Notes under the pieces: generated by a model
The model's database searches: none
What the model was told of the DNA's origin: nothing
The model's input: only the letters and a program-made list of their open reading frames with translations
Shown here: piece by piece, positions 1 through 7,093 of the stretch
Position numbering within the stretch: the stretch's first letter is position 1
Layout of the letters: each line of letters begins with the position of its first letter
Program-made: the position numbers and the translations under genes
From: Nitrosopumilus maritimus SCM1
GTDB taxonomy: Archaea > Thermoproteota > Nitrososphaeria > Nitrososphaerales > Nitrosopumilaceae
Assembly (NCBI RefSeq): GCF_000018465.1
Contig: NC_010085.1
Coordinates: 1,050,001-1,082,000 of the forward strand
Direction of reading: 5' to 3'
DNA: 32,000 bases

Positions 1-102
1 ACTAATGTCCAGTTCACGTGAGATTTGTCTAAAGGACTTTCTTCCATCTTCCTGCAAAGACTGGATTATTCCAATATCTACTTCATCTAATTCATGAGGC
101 AT
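1..102 (-). CDS. Lrp/AsnC-family transcriptional regulator, N-terminal HTH fragment (gene continues beyond left edge)
   Basis: Hand translation of minus strand from ATG at 102..100 gives MPHELDEVDIGIIQSLQEDGRKSFRQISRELDIS, the typical Lrp/AsnC HTH opening. It is absent from the ORF track because the window edge truncates it. Confidence 0.6.
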   Translation of the reverse strand, partial: MPHELDEVDIGIIQSLQEDGRKSFRQISRELDIS

Positions 103-141
103 GGATTATCATACAATCTTTCCATATTTATGAACCAAACT

Positions 142-153
142 TTACAATTGTAA
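142..153. promoter_or_regulatory. Perfect palindrome TTACAATTGTAA, candidate operator 40 nt upstream of the Lrp/AsnC start
   Basis: Exact 12-bp palindrome in an intergenic region. An AT-rich TATA-like box (cataaatatgg on the minus strand) lies between it and the ATG. Confidence 0.5.
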
Positions 154-212
154 AATTACAAAAATGCTAGTTATTGGCTAGAGATGAGTATTATCTATGA
201 AATCTTACTTCA

Positions 213-1010
213 TTACCTGTTTAATTGCCCGTCAATGACTCTCTGAAATGTAGAGTATGGCTGAGCCCCAGATATAGGAGTAAATCCGATATCTGCATTT
301 CCTACAAAGAATCCAGGAGTTCCAGAGACACCATACGTGCGCCCATCATTGAGATCATTTTGAACCTCCTCAATGTATTTTCCTGAATCCAAACAAGAAT
401 CAAACTCGATAGAATCAAGACCCAGTTCTGATGCATATTGCTTGTAAAGTGTAACAGATTGAGCAACAGGCAGGTCTTTCCAAATTTGTTGGTCTTCAAA
501 AATCATGTCATGCATCTCCCAGAACTTTCCTTGATCATCAGCGCATTCAGATGCCAGTGCTGCAGGAACAGCATTTGGATGAATGTTTTGAATTGGGAAA
601 TCTCTGTAAACAAAGTTCACTTTTCCTGTTTGGATATAGTTTTGCTCTATTAGTGGAAGTGTTGTCTCATGAAATTTTGCGCAAAATGGGCACTGGAAAT
701 CAGAGAATTCAACTATGGTAATTGATGCGTTTGGATTTCCCTTCATAGGATCATCATCAAAAGAGATGTTTCTAATAATCTGAGGCCCAAATTGTTGTTG
801 AGAAGCAGTACTTGGTTGCAGGTTTGGAACAGATTCCCTTATGACAACTTCTTTTGGCTCAGCAGTCTCTCCACCAATTACATAACCTCCCAAAAATGCA
901 GAAACGATAGATACTGCAACAATTGCCACAATTAGCCGATTAAATGTGGATTTGCTTACAGAGATTTCTTTGTCTGGTTTTTGATCCTCAATGAATTCAA
1001 AATCTTCCAC
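213..1010 (-). CDS. Membrane-anchored DsbA-family thiol:disulfide oxidoreductase (thioredoxin fold)
   Basis: N-terminal TM helix (LIVAIVAVSIVSAFLGGYVIGG) followed by a FSDFQCPFCAKF CxxC active site and a DsbA-like C-terminal part (GTPGFFVGN). The start at 1010 is GTG and no in-frame ATG precedes the TM helix. Confidence 0.8.
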   Translation of the reverse strand: MEDFEFIEDQKPDKEISVSKSTFNRLIVAIVAVSIVSAFLGGYVIGGETAEPKEVVIRESVPNLQPSTASQQQFGPQIIRNISFDDDPMKGNPNASITIVEFSDFQCPFCAKFHETTLPLIEQNYIQTGKVNFVYRDFPIQNIHPNAVPAALASECADDQGKFWEMHDMIFEDQQIWKDLPVAQSVTLYKQYASELGLDSIEFDSCLDSGKYIEEVQNDLNDGRTYGVSGTPGFFVGNADIGFTPISGAQPYSTFQRVIDGQLNR

Positions 1011-1048
1011 ACAACATGTAATTTCTCAAGAAATATAATAACAGGTCT

Positions 1049-1060
1049 TTACAATTGTAA
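1049..1060. promoter_or_regulatory. Perfect palindrome TTACAATTGTAA, 39 nt upstream of the DsbA start
   Basis: Exact copy of the 142..153 motif, immediately upstream of a TATA-like ttattatattt (minus-strand reading). Confidence 0.5.
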
Positions 1061-1124
1061 GGAATATCAGAATTTTAAAAAAAATAACACATATCAAGAA
1101 ATGTACAGAATAAATCAGATAATT

Positions 1125-1814
1125 CTAATTTTTGGCCCAACCACGCTGAATTAGCTTTTCCGCAGTATTGGAACTAACACAAGCAGGACTGTTATCTGTA
1201 GTTTTGAGTACCAATTGCAAATTTTCTTTGCATAAAATGTCATCAGGTAAAATACCACTTGCAACTTGTTTTAGGGGCGCCAGGTCTGAAGCAGGAGGAT
1301 CTACGTTAACATCTGATTCCAAATTATCGTTTTCCAATTTTTCTATGATTTGTACTACTAGAAATTCATAAACTAATGTTTCCACATCATTTGTGATTAA
1401 AACAAGTTTGTATTTTCCAGGAAGCTCATTAAAGAAGAATGTTTGAGGAAGTTGCCATTCACTGTGTGAAGTTGAAGGAGCTATACCTGTTTCTTTGGTA
1501 GTTGTCTTCCAGAGAACGCTGTCCCTGTATACGTTGATCATATCAGGGATTGTTCCATTCCCACCTATTCCATAAAAAGTTCCCAGATCAACAACAGGTA
1601 ATTTGGTATCAGGATCCTCAAAAATTCCAACAGAGCTGTCCACTACACTAAATATGCTCACGGATTGAGGTACAAATGTTTCATCACACAGTATGTTTTT
1701 TGTATTATTCATATTGATGCATTCATCATGTGCTGGCGAATCATCTGCAAATGATTTTTCAACATCAATTGTTAAAAGAAAAATTAGTGGAAGAATTATC
1801 CAAATTAGTTTCAT
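1125..1814 (-). CDS. Secreted hypothetical protein
   Basis: 229-aa ORF with an N-terminal signal-like segment (MKLIWIILPLIFLLTIDVEKSFA). No family recognised. Confidence 0.6.
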   Translation of the reverse strand: MKLIWIILPLIFLLTIDVEKSFADDSPAHDECINMNNTKNILCDETFVPQSVSIFSVVDSSVGIFEDPDTKLPVVDLGTFYGIGGNGTIPDMINVYRDSVLWKTTTKETGIAPSTSHSEWQLPQTFFFNELPGKYKLVLITNDVETLVYEFLVVQIIEKLENDNLESDVNVDPPASDLAPLKQVASGILPDDILCKENLQLVLKTTDNSPACVSSNTAEKLIQRGWAKN

Positions 1815-1872
1815 TGTAGATATGAAATTAAAATCATAAATAAATCTAATTGAAAAATTGGTAGTATCGTCA

Positions 1873-1884
1873 TTACAATTGTAA
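1873..1884. promoter_or_regulatory. Perfect palindrome TTACAATTGTAA, 59 nt upstream of the secreted-protein gene
   Basis: Third exact copy of the motif, also intergenic. Confidence 0.45.
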
Positions 1885-1901
1885 AATTAATTTTTTTCAT
1901 T

Positions 1902-1913
1902 TTACAGTTGTAA
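1902..1913. promoter_or_regulatory. Palindrome variant TTACAGTTGTAA (1 mismatch), 43 nt upstream of a divergent micro-ORF
   Basis: Matches the consensus at 11 of 12 positions and faces the plus-strand micro-ORF at 1956. Confidence 0.4.
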
Positions 1914-1955
1914 ATATACAAAGTAATAACTGATAAAAATAATTTTCAAAACAAA

Positions 1956-2063
1956 ATGAACAAGGATGTTTTTGTGTTAGCAGGAATTTTAATTAGTGTT
2001 GGAATACCTGTGGCACTAATGATTTTAGTCGAAAGAGGAATCATCAACAATCCGTTTAGATAG
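1956..2063 (+). CDS. Candidate 35-aa single-TM micro-protein
   Basis: Hand translation gives MNKDVFVLAGILISVGIPVALMILVERGIINNPFR. It has an ATG start and a hydrophobic core, and sits behind a palindrome-bearing promoter-like region. Too short for the ORF track. Confidence 0.3.
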   Translation: MNKDVFVLAGILISVGIPVALMILVERGIINNPFR

Positions 2064-2122
2064 AACATAGTTTTTTCAAAACTAATTAATCAAAATATTG
2101 TTTGAATAAATAATTTACAAAG

Positions 2123-2866
2123 CTACTGTTCTAATTTCTCATCAATGATTTTTTGAAAATCTGAAAATGACTGTGTGCCAAACAATGAGGAATATCCCAC
2201 TTTATCATTGCCAACAAAAAACGTAGGAGTGCCTGAAACTGCATAATCACGACCGTCACCAACATCAGAATTTATCTCATCAGCATATTTTCCTGAATCC
2301 AAACAAGAGTCAAATTTTTCTTGATTTAGGACCAATGTGTTGGCAAATTGCTTGAATGTTAAAAGGGATAAATCAGATTCGTTTTGCCTCCACGTATGCT
2401 GATTTTCGAACAAAATATCATGATATTCCCAAAATTTACCTTGCTCATTAGCACATTCTGAGGCTAGTGCAGCAGACATGGAATTATCATAAATTTTTGG
2501 TATGGGGAAATCACGATAGATCAGATTTACCTTGCCTGTATCGATATATTGTGTTTTCAGTAACGGTAATGTATCAGAATAAAACCTAAGACAAAACTTG
2601 CATTGAAAATTAGAGAATTCAACAATAGATAATGGTGCATCAGGATCACCTAACAGAGGATCATTATCTTTTGAGATTTGGGAAGGAGTATTAGATTTAG
2701 AATCTTTTAACTCGGCTAGTCTTTGTTCTAAATTTGCTAGCTCTTGTTTTCTAACTGTATCCTGTCCAACTTCCATTCCAACAAGATATCCTAGAAAAAA
2801 AACAACCAGTACTACTGATGCTACACAGAGCACAAGATTATTTTTTACAAATGTTTTTACCAGCAT
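2123..2866 (-). CDS. Membrane-anchored DsbA-family thiol:disulfide oxidoreductase (paralog 2)
   Basis: TM helix (LVLCVASVVLVVFFLGYLVG), FSNFQCKFCLRF CxxC motif and GTPTFFVGN. The track starts at GTG 2869. The ATG at 2866 is the next codon and is the more likely start. Confidence 0.8.
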   Translation of the reverse strand: MLVKTFVKNNLVLCVASVVLVVFFLGYLVGMEVGQDTVRKQELANLEQRLAELKDSKSNTPSQISKDNDPLLGDPDAPLSIVEFSNFQCKFCLRFYSDTLPLLKTQYIDTGKVNLIYRDFPIPKIYDNSMSAALASECANEQGKFWEYHDILFENQHTWRQNESDLSLLTFKQFANTLVLNQEKFDSCLDSGKYADEINSDVGDGRDYAVSGTPTFFVGNDKVGYSSLFGTQSFSDFQKIIDEKLEQ

Positions 2867-2906
2867 CACATCAAGAATGAAATCAGAGATAATTAACTAC
2901 TGAATT

Positions 2907-2918
2907 TTACAAGTGTAA
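2907..2918. promoter_or_regulatory. Palindrome variant TTACAAGTGTAA (1 mismatch), 41 nt upstream of DsbA paralog 2
   Basis: Matches the consensus at 11 of 12 positions. A TTAATTAT TATA-like box lies 10 nt downstream in the minus-strand reading. Confidence 0.45.
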
Positions 2919-2921
2919 AGT

Positions 2922-2933
2922 TTTCAATTGTAA
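2922..2933. promoter_or_regulatory. Palindrome variant TTTCAATTGTAA (1 mismatch), tandem to the 2907 site
   Basis: Matches the consensus at 11 of 12 positions, 3 nt from the previous site. Confidence 0.4.
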
Positions 2934-2972
2934 AATAATCAATTAATTCTCAAAATATTAAAATTCTAGAGA

Positions 2973-3077
2973 TTATCTCATAGCATCAAATCCACCTATT
3001 GCAGGTGAGCCAATAATTACTGCAAACGTAATTACTATTCCTAAAAGTGCAATTACAATAGCAAAACGTCTATTCAT
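2973..3077 (-). CDS. Candidate 34-aa single-TM micro-protein
   Basis: Hand translation gives MNRRFAIVIALLGIVITFAVIIGSPAIGGFDAMR, with an ATG start and a TAA stop. Only the composition supports it. Confidence 0.3.
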   Translation of the reverse strand: MNRRFAIVIALLGIVITFAVIIGSPAIGGFDAMR

Positions 3078-3176
3078 GCAGACAATGTTGTTGTTTTTGT
3101 TAAAAAGTAATATGATTATTTTTTGAAATATTATGTTACAATATTTTTTATAATAAATTCAAATCACAATACAATC

Positions 3177-3431
3177 ATGGAAGAATATGAAATTACATGT
3201 GTCAAGCAGGATTTTTTTGGCAACATAACACATGTGGAAGTTAACGGGAAAGAACTTCGTTCAGAAACTATCGTACACTGGCTACGAATAAAAAAATACA
3301 GTTTCTATACGTACAAAGAAGACAACAAGGTGTACATTTATCCAAAAAAGAATTGGCTTTCAGGCTGGTTTTTGACAACTGATCCGTACAGCGACCAGGC
3401 AAACAATCTAGAATTCTTGTGTAAATGCTGA
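3177..3431 (+). CDS. DUF3892-like small protein
   Basis: MEEYEITCVKQDFFGNITHVEV...WFLTTDPYSDQANNLEFL fits my recollection of the DUF3892 pattern (ITHV near the N-terminus, T.pD...dNL..L at the C-terminus). The internal ATG at 3177 is preferred over the track start 3123, which adds an AT-rich, promoter-like leader. Confidence 0.55.
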   Translation: MEEYEITCVKQDFFGNITHVEVNGKELRSETIVHWLRIKKYSFYTYKEDNKVYIYPKKNWLSGWFLTTDPYSDQANNLEFLCKC

Positions 3432-3528
3432 CCAACATGTTGCTTACCTAGTTGTCTATATGATTTCAAACAAATTGCGTTGATGTTTTCTTTGATAAAA
3501 TCAGATTATAGAGTCATATTCTATATTT

Positions 3529-3921
3529 TTGGATTTACTAGTTTTTTTATATCATGCACAATTACAAAATTTTTTTGTGACAAAGAAGTTAAGGCCATTG
3601 TTAGTAGAAAAGTACGATATTTCTCATAAAATCTTCAACGAGCTGGCCAATTTGGAATCAAGACACATTCTATTTTCAATCATAAAAAAACCAAAAACAA
3701 CACAAGAGATTTCAAAAGAATTGAAAATTCCTATGAGCTCAGTTTACAAAAAAATTCACAGCCTTAAAGAATGCTCATTGATTTTGGAGAAATCAGATTT
3801 TGCAAAAACAGGTCACGTAAATAGATTGTACCAAAGTCTGATCAGAGACGTAAAAATCAGCATCAAGGAATTTGAACCAAAAATAACATTTAGCAAGAAT
3901 ACAAGTATCAAAAATGAGTAG
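3529..3921 (+). CDS. Winged-HTH (ArsR/TrmB-like) transcriptional regulator
   Basis: LESRHILFSIIKKPKTTQEISKELKIPMSSVYKKIHSLKECSLI is a typical wHTH core. The start is uncertain: the track uses a non-ATG start and there is no in-frame ATG near the N-terminus. Confidence 0.55.
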   Translation: MDLLVFLYHAQLQNFFVTKKLRPLLVEKYDISHKIFNELANLESRHILFSIIKKPKTTQEISKELKIPMSSVYKKIHSLKECSLILEKSDFAKTGHVNRLYQSLIRDVKISIKEFEPKITFSKNTSIKNE

Positions 3922-4027
3922 ACAGACATCTCTAAAAATTTGCAGTTTGTGCGGAGGGATTTCCACAATACATTATTTCACAAAACAGAAAAACAAATGT
4001 CCAAAATGCAGACTCTTGATCCCATAA
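3914..4027 (+). CDS. Candidate 37-aa zinc-ribbon micro-protein
   Basis: Hand translation gives MSRQTSLKICSLCGGISTIHYFTKQKNKCPKCRLLIP (CxxC...CxxC). Its ATG overlaps the last codons of the upstream regulator gene. It competes with track ORF 3940..4128 in another frame. Confidence 0.4.
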   Translation: MSRQTSLKICSLCGGISTIHYFTKQKNKCPKCRLLIP

Positions 4028-4156
4028 TGACATGTAGAGGAATTTGTGAAAGGTATCGTTTTGAAAGTAAAAGATACGGGAAAGATATCAAAAGATGTAG
4101 CTCACGTATGAAAATTGTATATCATTAGTGAGTTTATTCTTCGTAAATATATCAAA

Positions 4157-4861
4157 TTAAAACGCAATCAAATTCTCAAGAATTCCAATCTGAAATATTA
4201 TGTTAAACCCAATAATAAGACTGAATATTCCCGATACATATCTGAAAGTCTTTTGAATCATTCCAATTTTACTAGTAAAGACAAGAGGTATTCCCATGAG
4301 ACCTCCAACTAGAGTCATTCCAATCATCGAACCAATTCCAAATATCATAATAAAACTCAAAACCAGTTCAATATTTTCTAAAGTTGTGGCAGTTAACACT
4401 ACAAGACTTCCGCTTCCTGCCAACCCATGGATTAAACCAATCAAATATGATTTGTGAGCATGTCTATGATCAGAATCATTATGATTATGTTCATCAAGAT
4501 GAATAGTTCCATCTTTGTGTTGATGTGGGTGTTTGTGTTTGAGTTGGATTTTTTTATTAACAATTGTAGTTATTCCCAGAAATACAAGCATCAGTCCTAC
4601 TGCAAACTCAAATCCAAAAAAGATCTGATCCTGAATTGTTATTGCAAGTACATATACTAAAAATCCAATCAGAACTAGAGTTGTAGTGTGTCCTGCTCCC
4701 CAAAGTGCGCCAAGAATAGATGATTTTGTAAGAGATTCTTTGAGTGATGCTCCTACGGATTTCTGCAGATATTTTGATTTTGATATCTGAGTACTTACTG
4801 CAGCAACATGATCTGGTTCAAATGCATGTTGAATTCCAACTACAAGTCCTAATCCCATCAC
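4157..4861 (-). CDS. NicO/RcnA-like Ni/Co-type metal transporter with a His-rich loop
   Basis: Polytopic membrane protein with HAFEPDH (HX4DH-type signature) in the first helix and a central loop HKHPHQHKDGTIHLDEHNHNDSDHRHAH. The second half contains GLIHGLAGSG. Confidence 0.65.
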   Translation of the reverse strand: MMGLGLVVGIQHAFEPDHVAAVSTQISKSKYLQKSVGASLKESLTKSSILGALWGAGHTTTLVLIGFLVYVLAITIQDQIFFGFEFAVGLMLVFLGITTIVNKKIQLKHKHPHQHKDGTIHLDEHNHNDSDHRHAHKSYLIGLIHGLAGSGSLVVLTATTLENIELVLSFIMIFGIGSMIGMTLVGGLMGIPLVFTSKIGMIQKTFRYVSGIFSLIIGFNIIFQIGILENLIAF

Positions 4862-5120
4862 TAAAGAAGGAGTAAGTATTCCAATTTGTTCAAGAACTTC
4901 TTCTACTATGAGATATCAACTAATTTGTTCAAAGTATAATTAATAAAATTAAGTGTTAATTGTTTTCCAGTAAAAATAGTGATAAAAAATTGATGAGTCA
5001 TACATTAGAATCTAAAAAAATATCCGAAACAGATTATCTGTAAAAAATGAATCAAAAACAGTATTTTAAAACAAAGTGAATGACTCAATTCTCACAAAGT
5101 TTGAACCATTTTTAGGCAAA

Positions 5121-5165
5121 TGTTTAGTTCACAGATCAATAGTCGTTTAGCAAGTATTGGTTACA
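5121..5165 (+). repeat. 45-nt direct repeat, copy A
   Basis: Ungapped hand alignment to 7725..7769 (offset 2604) gives 37 of 45 identical positions: tgtttaGTTCACAGAtCAATAGTcGTTT..C.AGT.TTGGTT.CA. Confidence 0.6.
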
Positions 5166-5188
5166 CATGAAATAATCATTTTCTACAA

Positions 5189-5299
5189 TTAACAATCACA
5201 TTTGCACCCTTTTCCAAACTTTGGATTGCATATTTTACAATCCAACATACACTTGTCTTCAGGGCAATAACCGCAAAACTGCTTTCTCTTGGATTCCAA
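5189..5299 (-). CDS. Candidate metallothionein-like Cys-rich micro-ORF (8 Cys in the last 28 residues)
   Basis: Hand translation, checked codon by codon, gives (TTG)ESKRKQFCGYCPEDKCMLDCKICNPKFGKGCKCDC*. It is in the same frame as the upstream Met-rich gene, 4 codons after that gene's TAG. An alternative ATG start at 5248 would give MLDCKICNPKFGKGCKCDC. Confidence 0.4.
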   Translation of the reverse strand: MESKRKQFCGYCPEDKCMLDCKICNPKFGKGCKCDC

Positions 5300-5311
5300 T
5301 ACTTGTATTCT

Positions 5312-6625
5312 CTAAGGATTGTTCAGACTCTGTATGAATTGTTGATTGTTCATCATGTTATTCATCATTTGAGGATTCATCATCATGTTATTCATCATTT
5401 GCTGTCGTAGTTCTGGATCATCCATCATTTGGTTCATTATTGAACTCATCATGTTACCCATCATTCCTTGCATGTGCCAAGGATTGTTTAACATCATATC
5501 ATGCATGTTCTGCATTGCTTGTGGATTACTCATCATCTGATTCATCATGTTATTCATCATGTGGTGATTATTCATTGTCCAGTTACTGTTCATCACAGGA
5601 TTCATGTTCATCATGTTCATCATTTGATTATTGTTCATCATATCATACATCATTTGTGGGTGATTCATCATGTCAATCATCATCTGCTGTCTAAGTTCAG
5701 GATCATTCATTGCAGTTCCCATCATGCTTGTATTGTTCATAGTTGACATCATTCCGTGATTCATTCCCATCATGTTATTCATCATCATTCCTTTACCCAT
5801 CATAGAGCCACCCATCATGTTGTTGTTCATCATGTTATTTCCCATCATCATGTTTGAGCCCATCATGTTGCCCATCATCATTCCACCTTTCATCATGTTC
5901 ATCATCATTCCATTATTCATCATGTCTTGTATCATCTGAGGGTTGTTTGTCATCATATCCATCATTTGTTGTCTAGTAGTAGGATCATTCATCATTCCCA
6001 TCATACCATGATTCATTGAACCTCCCATCATCATGTTCATCATAGTACCATTTCCCCGAATTGTTTGCATCATTGGTTGGTGTTGCATCATCATATCCAT
6101 CATTTGTTGACGTAGTTCTGGATCATTCATCATAGTATTCATCATAGGACTCATCATCTGAGGGTTGTTTGTCATAGTTGACATCATTTGATTAGTCATT
6201 GTCTGCAAATGTTGAGGATCATTTGTCATGACATCATACCAAAGCTTTCCAGTTTGAGGATTGTTCATCATACTATTCATTACTCGTTGCATTTGTTGAG
6301 GATCGTTTGCCATCATGTTCATATCCCAATTACCCCAACCACGATCTGCCAATCTCAAATAGCTGTCAGGATTGACACAGACAGATGTTCCCATATTTCT
6401 CATCATGAGAACTTTGCCATCAACACATGTGATTTGGTCGGGACTTGTTCCCATCATCATTTGTTGTCTAGGGGTCATATGAGGAGTCATTTGAGCAAAA
6501 ACGGGTTCAGAGATTAATGAAAATGAAATTACTGTTAGAGTAAAAACCAAAATTCCCGCAAAGAGGTAGTTATTCAATGAATTTTTTATGTAATTATGGG
6601 ATTTAAGTGAAATTCCAATTTTCAT
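5312..6625 (-). CDS. Secreted or anchored, extremely Met/Asn-rich repeat protein (candidate Cu(I)-type metal-binding protein)
   Basis: 437 aa with an ATG start. An N-terminal hydrophobic segment (LFAGILVFTLTVISFSLISEPVFA) is followed by a domain with 124 Met by hand count. The unit NDPELRQQMM.DMM..NPQMM..MMNN recurs at least 4 times. Confidence 0.75.
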   Translation of the reverse strand: MKIGISLKSHNYIKNSLNNYLFAGILVFTLTVISFSLISEPVFAQMTPHMTPRQQMMMGTSPDQITCVDGKVLMMRNMGTSVCVNPDSYLRLADRGWGNWDMNMMANDPQQMQRVMNSMMNNPQTGKLWYDVMTNDPQHLQTMTNQMMSTMTNNPQMMSPMMNTMMNDPELRQQMMDMMMQHQPMMQTIRGNGTMMNMMMGGSMNHGMMGMMNDPTTRQQMMDMMTNNPQMIQDMMNNGMMMNMMKGGMMMGNMMGSNMMMGNNMMNNNMMGGSMMGKGMMMNNMMGMNHGMMSTMNNTSMMGTAMNDPELRQQMMIDMMNHPQMMYDMMNNNQMMNMMNMNPVMNSNWTMNNHHMMNNMMNQMMSNPQAMQNMHDMMLNNPWHMQGMMGNMMSSIMNQMMDDPELRQQMMNNMMMNPQMMNNMMNNQQFIQSLNNP

Positions 6626-6657
6626 AATTGATTCTATTAATTTAGAATGTTCTATTT

Positions 6658-6671
6658 ATATAATATTATAT
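6658..6671. promoter_or_regulatory. Perfect 14-bp palindrome ATATAATATTATAT in the divergent Met-rich / ArsR promoter region (candidate operator overlapping TATA boxes)
   Basis: Exact palindrome 33 nt from the Met-rich gene ATG (6625) and 15 nt from the preferred ArsR ATG (6686). It is AT-only, so it may simply be a bidirectional TATA element. Confidence 0.35.
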
Positions 6672-6685
6672 CATTAATTGATGAT

Positions 6686-7015
6686 ATGTTAAAGATGGTA
6701 AATGACAAACTGGAACTTAAAGCAAAATTGTTCAGAGGTTTCGGAGATGTGACAAGATTAGCCATTCTAGAATCAGTATCAGATGGAGAAAAGACAGTTA
6801 CAGAGATTGCAGAAAAACTAAAGCAAAGCCAACCAAACGTATCTAATCATTTGTCCTGCTTGTTAGAATGTGGTCTAGTCAAGAGCAGGAAGGATGGCAA
6901 GAATAGATTTTACAGTATTGGAGACAAAAGAGTTGCCAAGCTTCTCAAACAAAGTGATGATATTTTGACTGACATTGCAGATGGAATCTATTCCTGTGTC
7001 AATTACAAAAAATAA
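6686..7015 (+). CDS. ArsR/SmtB-family metal-responsive transcriptional repressor
   Basis: LFRGFGDVTRLAILESVSDGEKTVTEIAEKLKQSQPNVSNHLSCLLECGLVKSRKDGKNRFYSI is a canonical ArsR wHTH. Cys residues in CLLEC and the C-terminal YSCVNY are possible sensing ligands. The track start 6647 would place the TATA-like sequence inside the CDS, so ATG 6686 (or 6695) is preferred. Confidence 0.8.
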   Translation: MLKMVNDKLELKAKLFRGFGDVTRLAILESVSDGEKTVTEIAEKLKQSQPNVSNHLSCLLECGLVKSRKDGKNRFYSIGDKRVAKLLKQSDDILTDIADGIYSCVNYKK

Positions 7016-7093
7016 TCTTGTGGTTCTTTATTGGAAATTCTTTTGATTGTTGCAAGATTTGCATTCAAACACAATTTGTCATGAGGAAATGAA

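Noticed and set aside
1636-1648. 10-nt match GTCCACTACA to the att-like repeat
   Set aside because: It is inside the 1125..1814 coding region and far from any mobile-element gene. It is short enough to be chance.
4557-4568. Additional near-copies of the TTACAATTGTAA palindrome (TAACAATTGTAG here, and tcaattgtaa at ~13253)
   Set aside because: They lie inside coding regions, are imperfect, and have no adjacent TATA-like box, so they were not counted as operator sites.
5030-5040. 11-mer CAGATTATCTG shared with 26875..26885
   Set aside because: An AT-rich 11-mer is expected to recur many times by chance in 32 kb, and the flanks do not match.
5440-6517. Track ORFs 5440..5694, 5501..5746 and 6188..6517 (+), which give His/Ser/Cys-rich proteins
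   Set aside because: They are antisense to the Met-rich gene. Runs of ATG codons read as CAT (His) and related codons on the other strand, so these open frames are compositional artefacts.
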